Shown piece after piece: positions 13,375-25,860 of a DNA stretch of 64,000 bases. Within the stretch, counting starts at the first letter, position 1. Each line of letters begins with the position of its first letter. The DNA lies in contig NW_027361792.1 of NCBI RefSeq assembly GCF_039654945.1, positions 4,092,001 to 4,156,000 on the forward strand, in the 5' to 3' direction. The notes beneath the pieces are model-generated. The model was not told the DNA's origin. It worked only from the letters and a program-made list of their open reading frames with translations, and searched no databases. Source of the DNA: Dendrobates tinctorius (Eukaryota). Position numbers and translations under genes: made by a program.

Positions 13375-13530
13375 ATCAGAGGGTAGTGAATATGAGAAAG
13401 AGCCGGGCAAATCCTATCATATCTGTGTCCTCCCCTTTGATCGTGTGCCATGTTCAGAGGGTAGTGAATATGAGAAGAAGCCGGACACATCCTATCATAT
13501 CTGTTTCCTCCCATTTGATTGTGTGACATG
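13375..13530 (+). repeat. Tandem duplication of a ~78-bp unit
   Basis: TCAGAGGGTAGTGAATATGAGAA...ATCCTATCATATCTGT occurs twice (~13376 and ~13454). Confidence 0.75.
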
Positions 13531-14164
13531 ATACCCCAGGCTGGGTCTAGAGTATAGAGGCACTATATCAGAGTTCACCGATCATTGATACCTTGCAACC
13601 AACATTGCACTATGAATGATGGTGGCCAAATGCAACAAAAAATGGAAAAAAAGCAGTAATAGGGGCCACAACTTGTCCTCGGGAGGTCGCTGCACCTAGA
13701 TGCCACTCCTTCCATTTTTCTAGCCAACAGTGAGTGTTGCACCTAACTCCTAAACATCATAAAATAGATTAAGGTTATACATATGTACCACAACATAGGA
13801 GTTCTTTTGTAGACATGGGAGGTGGTCTTAAAGCATTACTGGCTTTTCACACAACCAGTAGAAATAAAATCTTGGGATAACTGCCCTCAAACCCGCACAA
13901 CATCCCCCAGACTTGTTTTGGTGCACATACCAGTGTGATGTGTACAGGAACTTGTCCTGATTCTCATTCTCTCTAACTTGCCATGCAATCTCTTTGTGAG
14001 TGGGCAGTTCCTCTTTATCAGCATTCTGCCAGTACTCTAGTAACTGGAACTGAACTTACTGTTTGTCACTTGTCAGCATGCATTGGTCCAGTCATTGTCC
14101 AATGGTCTCATTTGCACAGTTTGAACAGTATGCAGTTTGACAAACAAAAAAAAAGAGCAGTGAG

Positions 14165-15042
14165 ACAAAGCCCCCCACTTCCTGTAGACAAAGGCCTGCC
14201 ATCACTTCCTTTAGCAAAAGAAAATGTTCTTACTTCCTGAAGTAAAATGCTTCACTTGCAAAAGAAAGACAAAGACCCTATCCTGTTTCCTGTAGAAACA
14301 ATGACCCAACACCACTTTCTCCAGATACAAATACCTGCGCCCACTTCTTGTAGAAAGAAAGAAGCCCCACTTCCTACAAAACAATAAAGACCTGTGCCCA
14401 CTCAAAGTAGAAACAAAGATCCACCTTTACTTCCTGTAGAGAGACAAAGACCCGTCCCCTACATCCTGTAGAGACAGACCTGCTCTCCTATAGAGACAAA
14501 GAACCGTCCCCACTTCCTGTAGAGACAAAGACCCAATCCCACTTCATGAAGAGACAAAGATCTACTCTCATTTCCTGTAGAGACAGACCCGACCCCATTT
14601 CCTGCAGAGACAAATATCCACCCCCACTTCCTGTTGTGACATAGACCCGACCCCACTTCCTGTAGAAACATAGTCCTGCCCCACTTCCTGTAGTGACAAA
14701 GATCCACCGCCACTTCCTGTAGAGACATAGACCCGCCCTCACTTCCTATAGAAACATAAATACTCCCCCACTCCCTGTTGTGACATTGACTGTCCCCCAC
14801 TTCCTGGAGAAATATAGTTACACCCACCCTTCCTGTAGAGACATATCCATTTCCTGTAGAAACATAGACCTGCCCCCACTTCCTTTAGAGACCTTCCCCC
14901 TTCCTGTAGAAACAGATCCACTTCCTGTAGATTCATAAACTCGCCCACTTCCTGTAGAGGCACAGACCCACCCCCACTTCCTGTAGAAACATAGATCCAC
15001 CCCCATTGCCTATAGCGACAGACACGTCCCTACTTCCTGTAA
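14165..15042 (+). repeat. ~31-bp minisatellite (CCCACTTCCTGTAGAGACANAGACC..)
   Basis: More than 20 degenerate tandem copies of the CACTTCCTGTAGA core. Confidence 0.85.
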
Positions 15043-16282
15043 TCCTTGGCATAACTGCTGATACACACAGATTACACTTGACAACAGGCAGCGACTAGCA
15101 AGCTAGAGAAAAGGAGACCTTTAGTAGCTGGAATTTTGGGGAGATTTTTTTTTGGTGGGAAAGACAACAGAATTATAAATAAAGTGATTTGCAGATTTCA
15201 TATGATAATGTAATAAATAGACAATCAAGATCATTAGTGGCACAGAGACCATTTAAAATTAAATGGATCAGATTTTAAATGTTAGGATGTTGGTCTAGTT
15301 TTTGGTTCCCAATAAATGGCTACAATTGTTTACCCTTGTTAAGCTAATTTTATCCTAACGCCTTCAGATCTTTTAAGCTATTTCAGGACAATTCCTGCTC
15401 TACTTGTACATGGGTCAATGAAAACTTCTCCCCCTTATACTGTCACCAAGTGGTTCTAACTATTACCAAACAACTGTTGCTGTCAGCGGAATCCCCTTGC
15501 ACAACAGGAAGTGTCCACGTGCACGTGAACCCAATCGTCCAATCTGTTGCTATTTATACTGTTATCTTCTATGGGAAAATGGCTATGAATCAAATCCATA
15601 AATCAATCTGGAATGGACATCCTATTGGGGCCTCTTTGTGGCCAGACCGGAATGTATTTGTCCCTTCACTAATAAGCAAAGATAATGGTCTTTTTTTCTA
15701 GTTTCCAGTGGGACAATATTGCAAAATTCAACAGTGTAACCTGAATACAGCAGAACAGAGTATGACAGAGGGTTTATGGTGGTAGAAGTAACAGTAATGA
15801 AAACTTCTGTAAACTCTCCAGTAGTCCGAGGTCAAACACAGGTAGAGGTTTTCTCACCCTATGGCACATATAGGCAAGAGACTTTTCTGTTTACCATGAA
15901 TCTATACAGTGCCCCCCATAACATCGTAAAACACATTCTTCCCATAGTCGTAGTTACAGAAGTTTGATGTAACTATTTAGCTAACAGGAAAAGTGATAAG
16001 TGATCTTTTTTGTTTTTAAACTGTAAATTTTAATTGATGATACATCAGTTATTGACAAATACAGAACGGTCACAAACATCTTTTGCAATCAAAGACAAAG
16101 AAAGTTGAAAGAGAGTCAATACCTCATCCAACACATCTAAAAAAAAACCTAAAGCAGTTTGACAAAATTGTAACCTTAATATGAACAGACAAAAAGAAAA
16201 AAGACACATCATTGGGAAGGAAAGGGAAAATGGGGGGAAAGCAAGCACCCGAAGGAGGGGAAGATAATGGTCAGATATCTAT

Positions 16283-19200
16283 CTATTCTGATCTTTGCAC
16301 CCAGAAGTAGTCCCAAGGAGCCCAGACCGAGTTAAAGGATTCCATCTTTGCATTGAGTATCGCAGTCATATACCCCATCCGTCTAATATTATTAATTCTG
16401 TAAAGTAGATGGAGGAAAGGCGGCAAGGAAACCTGCCTCCAATTGAGGGCAATCAACCACCTTGCCGCTGTAAGAATGTGAAGTAACAGCTTTGCTGCCC
16501 TTTTCCCCATTCCCCTAGGGGTAACATTTAGCAGATATATAGTGGGATCTAGCCCAACTTCAGCATAAAGCACCTTGGAAATCAGTGAACTTCCTTCCAA
16601 AAATTCTGATTCTCTGAACACATCCAGAAAATATGAAACAATGTACCCCCATCCCGGCCGCAATGCCAGCACACATTTGGAATCGCAGGGTTCAGTCTAT
16701 TCAGAAGACCGGGAGTGTGATACCAAAACATTAATATCTTGTACTGATTCTCTTTATAGAGGGTACACATAGATGATTTTGCCGCCTTCTCCCAAATGAT
16801 ATACCATTTTTGGGGCGAGAGTTCCCTACCCAGAACAGATTCCTATCTGCTCATGTAGGGATGTTTTGGTTGACGGCCGTCTTGAGGGGAACAGAGAATT
16901 TTATAGATTTCTGAAATCAAACCTTTAGTCATCGTCCCCTTGTAAAGCCTCTCAAAATCAGTTGGGAGGGAGATTCCCGAGGAGCCAAAAAGGGAAGAGG
17001 CAAAATGCTTGATTTGTAAATATTGGTAGGGTACAATTCTTTATTAGTAATGGAGAATTTAGATTTAACTTCAGCAAATGAAAGCAGCCCAAGCGTGTCC
17101 CTGTCCACCACATCCGTGAATCTATATAGGCCTGCAGGGACCAAGGATGGGCAACTGCATGTTCCAGACTGCTTGGTAACAGGGGTTGGAGAATGAAGGA
17201 AATCATAGGCGAATTTGGAGAGGCTAAACCAAACTTCTTCATACATGTATGCCAAAATTCCCTTGTATATCGAATTGTGCCCAAAAGGGGCTCCGGAATT
17301 ATCACAGTCCTTTTGGACCATAGCAAAGAATGATGGATTGGGGCCAACCACAACTTCTCTATTTCTGTCTATTTATTGTAGGCCAAAAATGAGGCCCTCA
17401 AAGGGATTCTACGAAGATGAGCAGCCCAATAATATATAGTTATGTCTGGAACCGATAGTCCTCCCTGTGACTTAGGGGAGACGAGGACACGCCTAGAGAT
17501 CCGATGACGACCATCTTTCCAAAGGAACCTCATCATAGCCGCCTGGAGAGACTTGAGCTCACTCATGGGAACCTTGATTGGCAGGGTCTCAAAATAATAG
17601 AGTAGTTTGGGGAGGAGGGACATCTTGAGTGAGGAAATCCTACCCAAAAAGGATATCGGGAGCAGCTTCCATTTATCTGGCAATCTCTTCAGCTCAGTCA
17701 AGAGTGGCGGGAAGTTGGAACTATATAAGTTGTTGTAAGAGGAGGAAAGCTTAACCCCAAGTATTGAATATTTTCAACTTTCCACCTGAATTTAAAATTC
17801 ATCTTCAGGTGATCCAGTAGAACTGGGGGGGGTGTTCAATGGGAGGGCCTCAGTTTTTGACGCGTTCAACTTATACCCCGACAAATCACCATATATTTTA
17901 AGATCATCCAAAAGATTAGGCAATGTAACATGAAGATTAGTCAGAGTCAAGAGAATATCGTCAGCAAATAAGGAGATCTTAAACATCTTATCCCGAACCT
18001 CTGTTCCTGAAATGTTTGGATTTTGCCTGATCATAGCCGCTAGTGGCTCAATGCATAAAGCATATAATAGGGGCGATAGAGGGCAACCCTGACGGGTCCC
18101 ATTGGATATTTTACATTGGGATGTCGTATGGAAGGGGAGCTTGATGGAGGCAATGGGAGCGTTGTACCGTACTCTTATAGCTGCTAGGAAGGGGCCCGAG
18201 AAACCAAAGGCCATTAAGGTTTCAAACATGAAGGACCATTTAAGGCGGTCAAATGCCTTTTCCGCATCTAGACTCAATATCAGAGACTGTAGTTTATTTT
18301 TGTTAGCTACATCAATTAAGTCTATCGCCCTTCTAGTGTTGTCTCCCTCCTGCCGGTTAGGATCAAAACCCACCTGATCCTTTGTTGATGAGCTAAGGGA
18401 GCCAACAGTTCAACCTATTAGCCAACAAGTGAGTGAACACCTTAAAATCAGAGTTCAACAGCGCTATTGGCTGGTAGTACGAACACTCTAGGGGATCCTT
18501 CCCCACCTTTGGGATAAGAACCAAGTAGGAATGGGCCAATGTTTCCGGCATGTGGGAGTCCTCCAAGAAAGAGTTAAAGAGAGGGGAGAGCTCTTCTGCA
18601 AAGGTTTTGTAGCACAAATATGTCAGCTTGTCAGGACCGGGAGACTTGCCCGAGGGGAGGTCAGCTAGTATGTCGAGGATCTCCTCCCGCGTCACACTCC
18701 GGTTAAGAGACTCCAAAGCTACCGAGAGAAGAGTTGGTAGAGTTAAGCTTGAGAGATATTGGCGCAGTAATCCCCTTCAATCAGATTTGTTTGGGTATAT
18801 CAGTATCTTGTAAGTTGCATAATTTGCTATAGAAACTATAGAACAGATCTGAAATTACAGCAGGATCATAGTGGATCGTACCATCAGAACCTCTCAAAGC
18901 CTGAGCATGGGAACTTAGCGCTCTATCCTTTAACATCCTGGCCAAAAGAGTGTGGGCTTTGTTACCCTTTTCATAATACTTTTGCTTAGAGTAGAGAAAG
19001 AATGTTTTTCGATCCAGCATAACGTTATATCTTTCAATTTATCTCTGAGCGCCACAACTCTATTCAAGGCCCCAACTGATGGTGAGGCTACCAACAAACG
19101 CTCCTCAGCTGCCAACTGAGTGGTCAATTTATCATATTCCGCACTGACGTTTCTTTTTAATCTAGAACCTTCTTTCATGCAGTGCCCCCTCATAACTGCT

Positions 19201-19735
19201 TTATGAGCTTCCCATAACACTGCTGGAGAAGAAACCGAACCCTCATTTAGACGGAAAAAGTCAGAGAGATAGTTCAACAGGGTCCTCCGAATTGTTGGAT
19301 CCTAAATTAAAAACTCGTTCAACCGCCAGTGACATTTCCTGAAAATCGGATGAGAGGACTTAAAGTCCAAGATCACAGGAGTGTAATCAGACCAGGTAAT
19401 GTGACCCATCTCCGACTTCGCCATCATCTATTCTAGAGTGGGTGCAATGAGGGAGAGAGTAAAAAAGAGAAGGTTCTGTCCCTGGGGTGGTCTATTCTCC
19501 ATAAGTCAAACAGAGAATTAACCCTGATTAACTTTCTGAATTCTCTCGTTAAACTAATCAAACTTTGTGAAGGGGGTTTACCATTAAAAGAGAATCTGTC
19601 AAATTGTTCCAAGAAAGGGATGTTAAAGTCTCCCCCCCAACAATAAAGCAGGTGGCAGAAGTTTTTGGATTAGGTAAAAAAAAACTTCTCAAAAATTTGA
19701 TCTGTCCTGAATTTGGAGCATAAAGCTTGCATAGA
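16283..19735 (-). pseudogene. L1 ORF2 (endonuclease C-terminal part, reverse transcriptase, C-terminal Zn motif), frameshifted
   Basis: Motifs GKSPGPD, PIALLNSDFK, SLDAEKAFDR, GTRQGCPLSPLL, LFADD and CWHC..GTLFHIFWMC across the ORF fragments. Confidence 0.9.
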
Positions 19736-19737
19736 AT

Positions 19738-20070
19738 TTGCTCGTCACCTGCATCTTAAGAACATCTCCAGAATCCGACCTTTTCTCACCTTTGAAACTG
19801 CTAAGATTCTTATGGTCGCTCTTATTCATTCTCGTCTGGACTACTGCAACTCTCTTCTGAGTGGTCTCCCTCTTACCAAACTTTCTCCTCTCCAATCCAT
19901 CTTGAATGCGGCAGCCAGGGTAATATTTCTGTCCAGCCGCTTGACCGATGTCTCCATCTTGTGCCCAATGTCTCCATCTTGTGCCAGTCATTACACTAGC
20001 TTCCTATTCGCTACAGGGTCCAGTATAAACTTATCTGTCTCGCCCACAAAGCTCTCCACAGTTCTGCACA
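19738..20070 (+). mobile_element. L2 LINE ORF2 internal fragment inside the L1
   Basis: Translation HLKNISRIRPFLT..ALIHSRLDYCNSLLSGLP..LQSILNAAARVI is a typical L2 RT C-terminal region. There is no 3' tail. Confidence 0.8.
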
Positions 20071-20338
20071 GTCATGGCCCACCTCCAAAACTACCAAAAA
20101 GAGAGAGCAAATTCAAATGGCTCTCCCCCAGACATTAAACATTATCTTGTTACAGAACCCCCTTGCAAAAAGGGTAAAATGAGAAACGGCTATTAAGCTA
20201 TTATAGGACAGTATAGATACGAGTCTGCACCGGCAAATGCAGCTAAAGAGTCATAATCGTTAATTAGAACCAAGTTCTGCATCAATCCCCTCTTTATGCA
20301 GGGAGGGGCGGAAAAAGAAAAGAGTTCTGTCCCCGAAG

Positions 20339-21754
20339 TCAGCGGAGATCTGATATTCCCCTCTCCACCGCCCCTCTGTCGGCTCTTCTTTCTCTTCTGG
20401 GTCCAGACTGGGGGTGGAGGCTGTCCCGGTGGATCCGGGGTGTCCCAATCAGGAATCTTAGGGTCCGGAGATCCTGTTTCTTGCAGAAAGGAGGCAAATC
20501 AGCAATGGAACGCAGAGTCGAAGACACTCCATCTCTCCGGGCAGTCAGGGCGAAGGGGAACCCCCACTTGTAGGGGATGTTGAGGTCCTTAAGAATAGAC
20601 AACAAAGGCCGGAGAAGTCTCCTCTTTTGTAGCGTTATACGAGACAGGTCAGGGAACAATTGCATGGCTGTGTCTTGATTCAAAATCTCCTTCATGGTCC
20701 TGGCCTTTTTCATAATCCGTTCTTTGATTTTGAAATTAAAGAACGGATTATGAAAAAGGCCAGGACCATGGGCTGCCAGCAAATAATGTTTCTTGGGAAG
20801 GGGGAAGATGCCTTAGACTGTAGGGCTCGATGCGCTCTATCTAGCTTAAAGGGGATGGAGGCTGGGTCATCCAGACAGAAGTGAATATCTCCTGAAGAAT
20901 TGATTTAACATTTTCCTGACCGTCTGATTTAGGAAACCCCCGTTACTCTAATATTACACCTCCGACCTCCATTATCCAGATCCTCCTCTTGATCCTGTAG
21001 GTCTCTAACCATCTTTAGCTGCATAGTAGATGACTGTTGCAAGGTAGCCAGATAGGATCTAGTCTCATTGTGCTCTCCATCTAAAGAATAAATTCTGCCT
21101 GCCAGAAGCTGGAGGTCCGGTCGCACACATGCAATTTCCGATCTACAAGCATCCTTGACCTCTGAAATTAATGCCTTGAAGTCATCTCTTGAAGGAAAGT
21201 GGGAGAGAAATTTCAGCCACTGAGGGGGCAAATGGTCTTCTGGGGAGCCCTCCTCCTCCTCTTCAGAGAGCCCCTCCATGCAATCTGACCCTTCATCCAC
21301 ACATGGGTAACCAGGGGTTAATTTAGCAGAGTTCTCTTTTGAAGCACAGTCCTCTGGGTTTATATAGTGAGACTGATATGACAGGGCTGCAGCCTGGGAG
21401 AGATCAGATGGGACAGGGTGAAAGGCTATTCCTCCCCATGTGCTGCTCACCGCCTGAGGCTGCCCCCTGACGACTAGGAGACGAGGGCTTATGTTGTGAT
21501 CCAGCAGGGGAGCACAGGATTGTGGTGTCCCCCTGATTTGTGGCCCCAGCATCAGGAGATCCGGCTGCTGTCCAACCCGAGGGCCCCTCACCGCACCACC
21601 TCACACACTCCCAGCCAGCATCCTCAGTGTTGGAAGATGGCTCCTGGACTCCCGCGGCACCCTGGTCCCAGTCAAGGAAGACATCCAGGACCGTCGCAGG
21701 ACCGCCGAATGCCGTTCCCGACTGCGCCAGTCTTTTGTGCTTTCTGGGCCCCAT
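20339..21754 (-). pseudogene. L1 ORF1 (transposase_22-like), disrupted
   Basis: Coiled-coil followed by EDLDNGGRRCNIRVTGV, QLFPDLSRITLQKRR and YKWGFPF motifs. Confidence 0.8.
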
Positions 21755-22823
21755 CCGGTGAGTAGATAAAGCGCCGGTGCAGGGTACTTTGGCCGCTATA
21801 GCAAAGTGCCCGGCAGGAGCTCCTCTGCAGCGCGTCCTCTCAGAACGGCATCAGGCCACACCCCTCATAATAAGTGATCTTTAAGGATCCCACCACTGAG
21901 ATTCTCATTGATCACAAGAATGAAGATCCCAAGTAGCCAGTTTGGATGGGTTTGGGGGCGCTCAGGTGCACTGCTGCTTTATTTACAGGCTGATGGAGAC
22001 GGCTGACTAAATGGCTTGAGGTGCAGTGTACATGCTCAGCTACATCTCCAATCAGAAGGAGCTCAGATTCCTGGCCATTCTTTGACTTATAACTTGCATT
22101 TATCACCAGTTTTCTCCACCCCTACAGTCGCTTTCTATAATTTATAGCTGTCCCTGAGCTAGTGGGTAGAGAGGAGCTGCTATGATGTCTCCCAGACACA
22201 GCACATGCAGACATGAGGGAGTCCTCAAAGGAGAGAAGCAGCAACAGCATGGAGGACATTATACAGCAGTATCCATTGTGATTGATAGGTGTCCCAATAT
22301 TTGGCTCCCCAGTGATCAAACATTTATTAACTATCTTATGGGAAGATCTTAGCCCAGATTTGGCAAGAAGCAAAAACATGCCAATCTTACCATAACTACA
22401 GTATTCAAACCTCGTCTTTATAAAAGTTTCCTTAGGTAACCTCATACCATTTACAAGCGTTTGTCTGGCTGACCAAAATGCCAGTGGATCCTCTGGTGGG
22501 TTAAAGTGACTGTCAGCACAGAATAACTTAAAACCAAGTACAGGAGCAAAGTGAACAATAGCAGGGCCAAACTTAAGTTCACCTTCCCTTCTACTTTTTT
22601 CCCCTCTATTTCCCCCCTCCACTATTCTTTGATTGACAGTTCTGGCTTCATAGAGTGGAAATAGATGGAAAACAAGCAGGTGGGAAGACGTACCACTATG
22701 CACCAATCACTCATACTTGGTTTGAACAGTCATTCAGTGGTGACATAGTGCCTATAATAAGATTCCGATTTAATAGCAGGACCCGGCCTTGAAATGACCA
22801 ATGGGGTCCAGAAAAAGTGCACT

Positions 22824-22997
22824 ATTATTATTAATGATGCTTTGCTTATATAGCGATATCCTATTCCCCAGCACTTTACAGATTTTGTCATCTCTGTCCC
22901 CATCGGGGCTCACAATCTACATTCCCTATCAGTCTTTGGACTGGGAAACCGGAGAACCGGGAGAAACCCATGGGAACACGGGGAGAACATACAAACT
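22824..22997 (-). mobile_element. V-SINE fragment
   Basis: Reverse complement of the 3' half of the SINE at 9862-10145. Confidence 0.7.
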
Positions 22998-23861
22998 TCT
23001 TCCTTGGTGCATTAGGGGTATGTATTCACACTAGACACGTGAACTGTCCTGACTGAAGGACTGAAAACACATCGCTCAACACTCATGACCATAACAAATC
23101 TTAGTATTAATTTACAGCAACATTATTCCATAACACCATTATTACGGGACATTCTGCTCAGATCTCCGATGTATGTTGGTATTATTTGTCTGGCAGTATT
23201 CACATTGTGAGTCTCTGCTGCTTGTACACCAGATTATATTTGCAGATTTGCAGCGTGTGGATAGCAGCATCGTGTGGTAGCACAAATGGGAAGTTTTATT
23301 TGGCTGATGCGTGTCTATCAATACATGATCTAATTACAACCTTTGCATGGATACAACAAACACCACCCACAAATACTTCATGGATTCCGTGGAAAACCTT
23401 ACATTTCAGGATATCACCACACCCTGTAAGTGATTCATATCCCATAATAATAATACTTTATATCCAGGATATAAAACAAACCAACTAAAGAAGAAATACA
23501 ATAATTGTGTTCTGCAGTGAAGTTTGCAGAGTGAGGGATTGCTGCGCCGGATAGAAGTCTGATTACTTACAGGGTGTAGCCATTGGCTGGCACTCATCGT
23601 AGCCTCAAGTCTCTTGGCAGCATATCTATACCTAAAGCATTGTTCAATGCAAGAACAGCTGGTACCACATTCTCATATTAAATAGGAAATTTTATTATTC
23701 TACTAGTGAAGATGAGAGGTACCAATTTGCCAATCAGGGTGTTGCTTAAAGGGGATGTACATGATTGGAAAAAAAAAGATTTGCTTTCTTTTGGGAGGCA
23801 GCACCACTCTTCTCCTTAGGTTGTGTCTGGTATTGCAGCCCAGCATCGTTCTCCTGGATAA

Positions 23862-24207
23862 GGCTGCTTTCACACATCCTGTGGTTTTGTTCCGTCGGCG
23901 TGCGGTGGAAAGCCGGACCAGGCCTGCAGCGGTGACACCGGATGCAGATGCGGCGCATGATCCGGCTTGGAAAGCATTTAAAGGAGTCACACCGGGGACG
24001 AGAGAGGCGGCGGTATGCGGGGGGAGAGAGAGAGATACGCGCGCGCGCGCCAGGCACTTGTGGGTTAAACCTCACAGTGTCCGCGCATGCGCTGAAGAAA
24101 AAGCCGTTCTGGCGCTGCAAAAAAACGTTGCAGGCCACGTTTTTTGCTGACGCCGGACAGCGCAGATACAGTGCCGGATTCAAAAAGCCGGATGTGTGAA
24201 AGCAGCC
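23862..24207. mobile_element. PIF/Harbinger-type MITE
   Basis: Perfect TIR GGCTGCTTTCACACATCC, flanked by TAA/TTA. Confidence 0.8.
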
Positions 24208-24548
24208 TTAGGCTCCCTCTTCAATATATAAAAATCTAATCTTCTTAGCCAAGTGGGAGTGGTTATTAACTCTTCTCCCTGTGAAAGTTGTAAAGACTTT
24301 GCCCACTAAAAAGTCCTACAGGCTAAAAAAAAAGAAAAAAATACTAAGTTTATATACCAGGAAAAAGGGGACCATTTTTCAATAACAGCGTGGAACTGGA
24401 GCTAAAGAAAAATCACAGCATTTACATCAGGTAAAAAAAAAAAAAAATTACATTTATCGATATGGAGGATACATGGTACAACCAAAAGTGAAAAAGGGTG
24501 CTACATGCAACGGAAATGCGTAGGCGGAGTTTCGATTTTGGAGAGTAA

Positions 24549-24841
24549 GGCCAGGTTCACATAGCATTAATGCAGTCCGTTCAACGCATAGCGTTGATGG
24601 ACTGCATTAACGCTACCCCCATAACGAGATTGTGCTATATGTTCCCGCATCCGCAGACCGCGTCCAAGGGTCCGTCACAGAATGACGGCACATTGCTAGC
24701 GCATACAGATTATGGCATGCGTTAGCGATGCGCTCATCTATAGCAGTGTATGGCAGTGTTAACGCATCCGTTACATACCGTTAATGCCGCTGTGTAACGG
24801 ATGCGTTAAATGCAGCGCATTAACGCTATGTGAACCCAGCC
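24549..24841. mobile_element. PIF/Harbinger-type MITE
   Basis: TIRs GGC(C/T)(A/G)GGTTCACATAGC(A/G)TTAATGC, flanked by TAA/TTA. Confidence 0.8.
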
Positions 24842-24987
24842 TTACAGATCTTTTGTGGAATTTTAAATATGAATGAAAAAAACTCCAAGAATTTGTATCC
24901 GTGTAGCTAAATCTATCCCTACTTTGGTTACCTGTCTTCTCGCCTGAATAGTGGCGTCAATCTGAGCTCCAGAGAATTACGGACTAC

Positions 24988-25032
24988 TGTGTGTCTGATG
25001 AAGGTCCAAATATAGGGAGCAAAACGCTAACA
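24988..25032 (+). ncRNA. Degenerate minimal hammerhead ribozyme (Penelope pLTR type)
   Basis: TGT..CTGATGA-AGGTCC..GGGA-gcAAAACGCTA-ACA followed by AATAAA. The GAAA box is mutated. Confidence 0.4.
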
Positions 25033-25860
25033 TTTGTATTTGGGTTTCCTGACAATAAAGTGTCAAATACCATTGTTGCTAAATATGAAGTGTTATTATT
25101 GGCAACACTCAATGGAAAATAAAACTATGCAAATTATCTCTCTCCCAGGCGCCAGATTTGTCTTTGGTACACCGTCATCGATATACAAATGTAGAGAAGC
25201 CACATTCTATAGTTCATTTTCATATATAATCATGTACCGTATATAGGCCCAAAAAGAATAACACATACTGTAAATCATTTTTGCATTGCTTATATAATAT
25301 TTGGGGATCTTATTGATATCAACTTACCTGCATGATGCACATCCAATGTCTGGTGGAAGGGACAGTGTCTTGTCTGCACCTATAGATCTTCATCCAATTA
25401 GTTGAAGGAACCTAAAAAACAGGGCAGGAGAAAATGAAACGACCAGAACTGCAACACAGCCTCAACGTTTCCCATAGGGAAAAAAAAAAAAAAAAGCTAG
25501 AAGCAACTAGGTGATAACTTCAAAAATCTGATGTGATGGAGCCATTATGGCATCGGCACCTTTGAAGAAGGGCGTATAGTAGGCAGTCAGTGTAGAAAGG
25601 AGGAAAAATGGTAAAGAGTAAGGATCTGAGGGCCAAATTGCGGAGTGTAGACTACTCGGTCATAATTACTGTTATTGTGAACAGTTCAGCAAGTTGAAGA
25701 TGAAATGATCTCAAAAAGGGCTAAAGATAAAGATCAAACATTTCCTTTGCATTTTAGGAATAATATATGTATATTTTTTTTCATCTTTACATTTTACAAA
25801 TTACAAAAAAGGAAACTGGGCCAATGCAAAAGTATAGGCACCCTGCAGGATTAGTACCTA

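Larger units (their letters stand above)
16009..21867 (-). mobile_element. Full-length but decayed L1 LINE
   Basis: TSD ATAAGTGATCTTT (15996-16008 / 21870-21882), A-rich 3' tail at the left and GC-rich 5' start GAGGGGTGTGGCC. ORF1 and ORF2 fragments are in the correct order. Confidence 0.9.

Noticed and set aside
22122-22706. 194-aa minus-strand ORF
   Set aside because: Runs through MITE fragments and has no recognisable domain.
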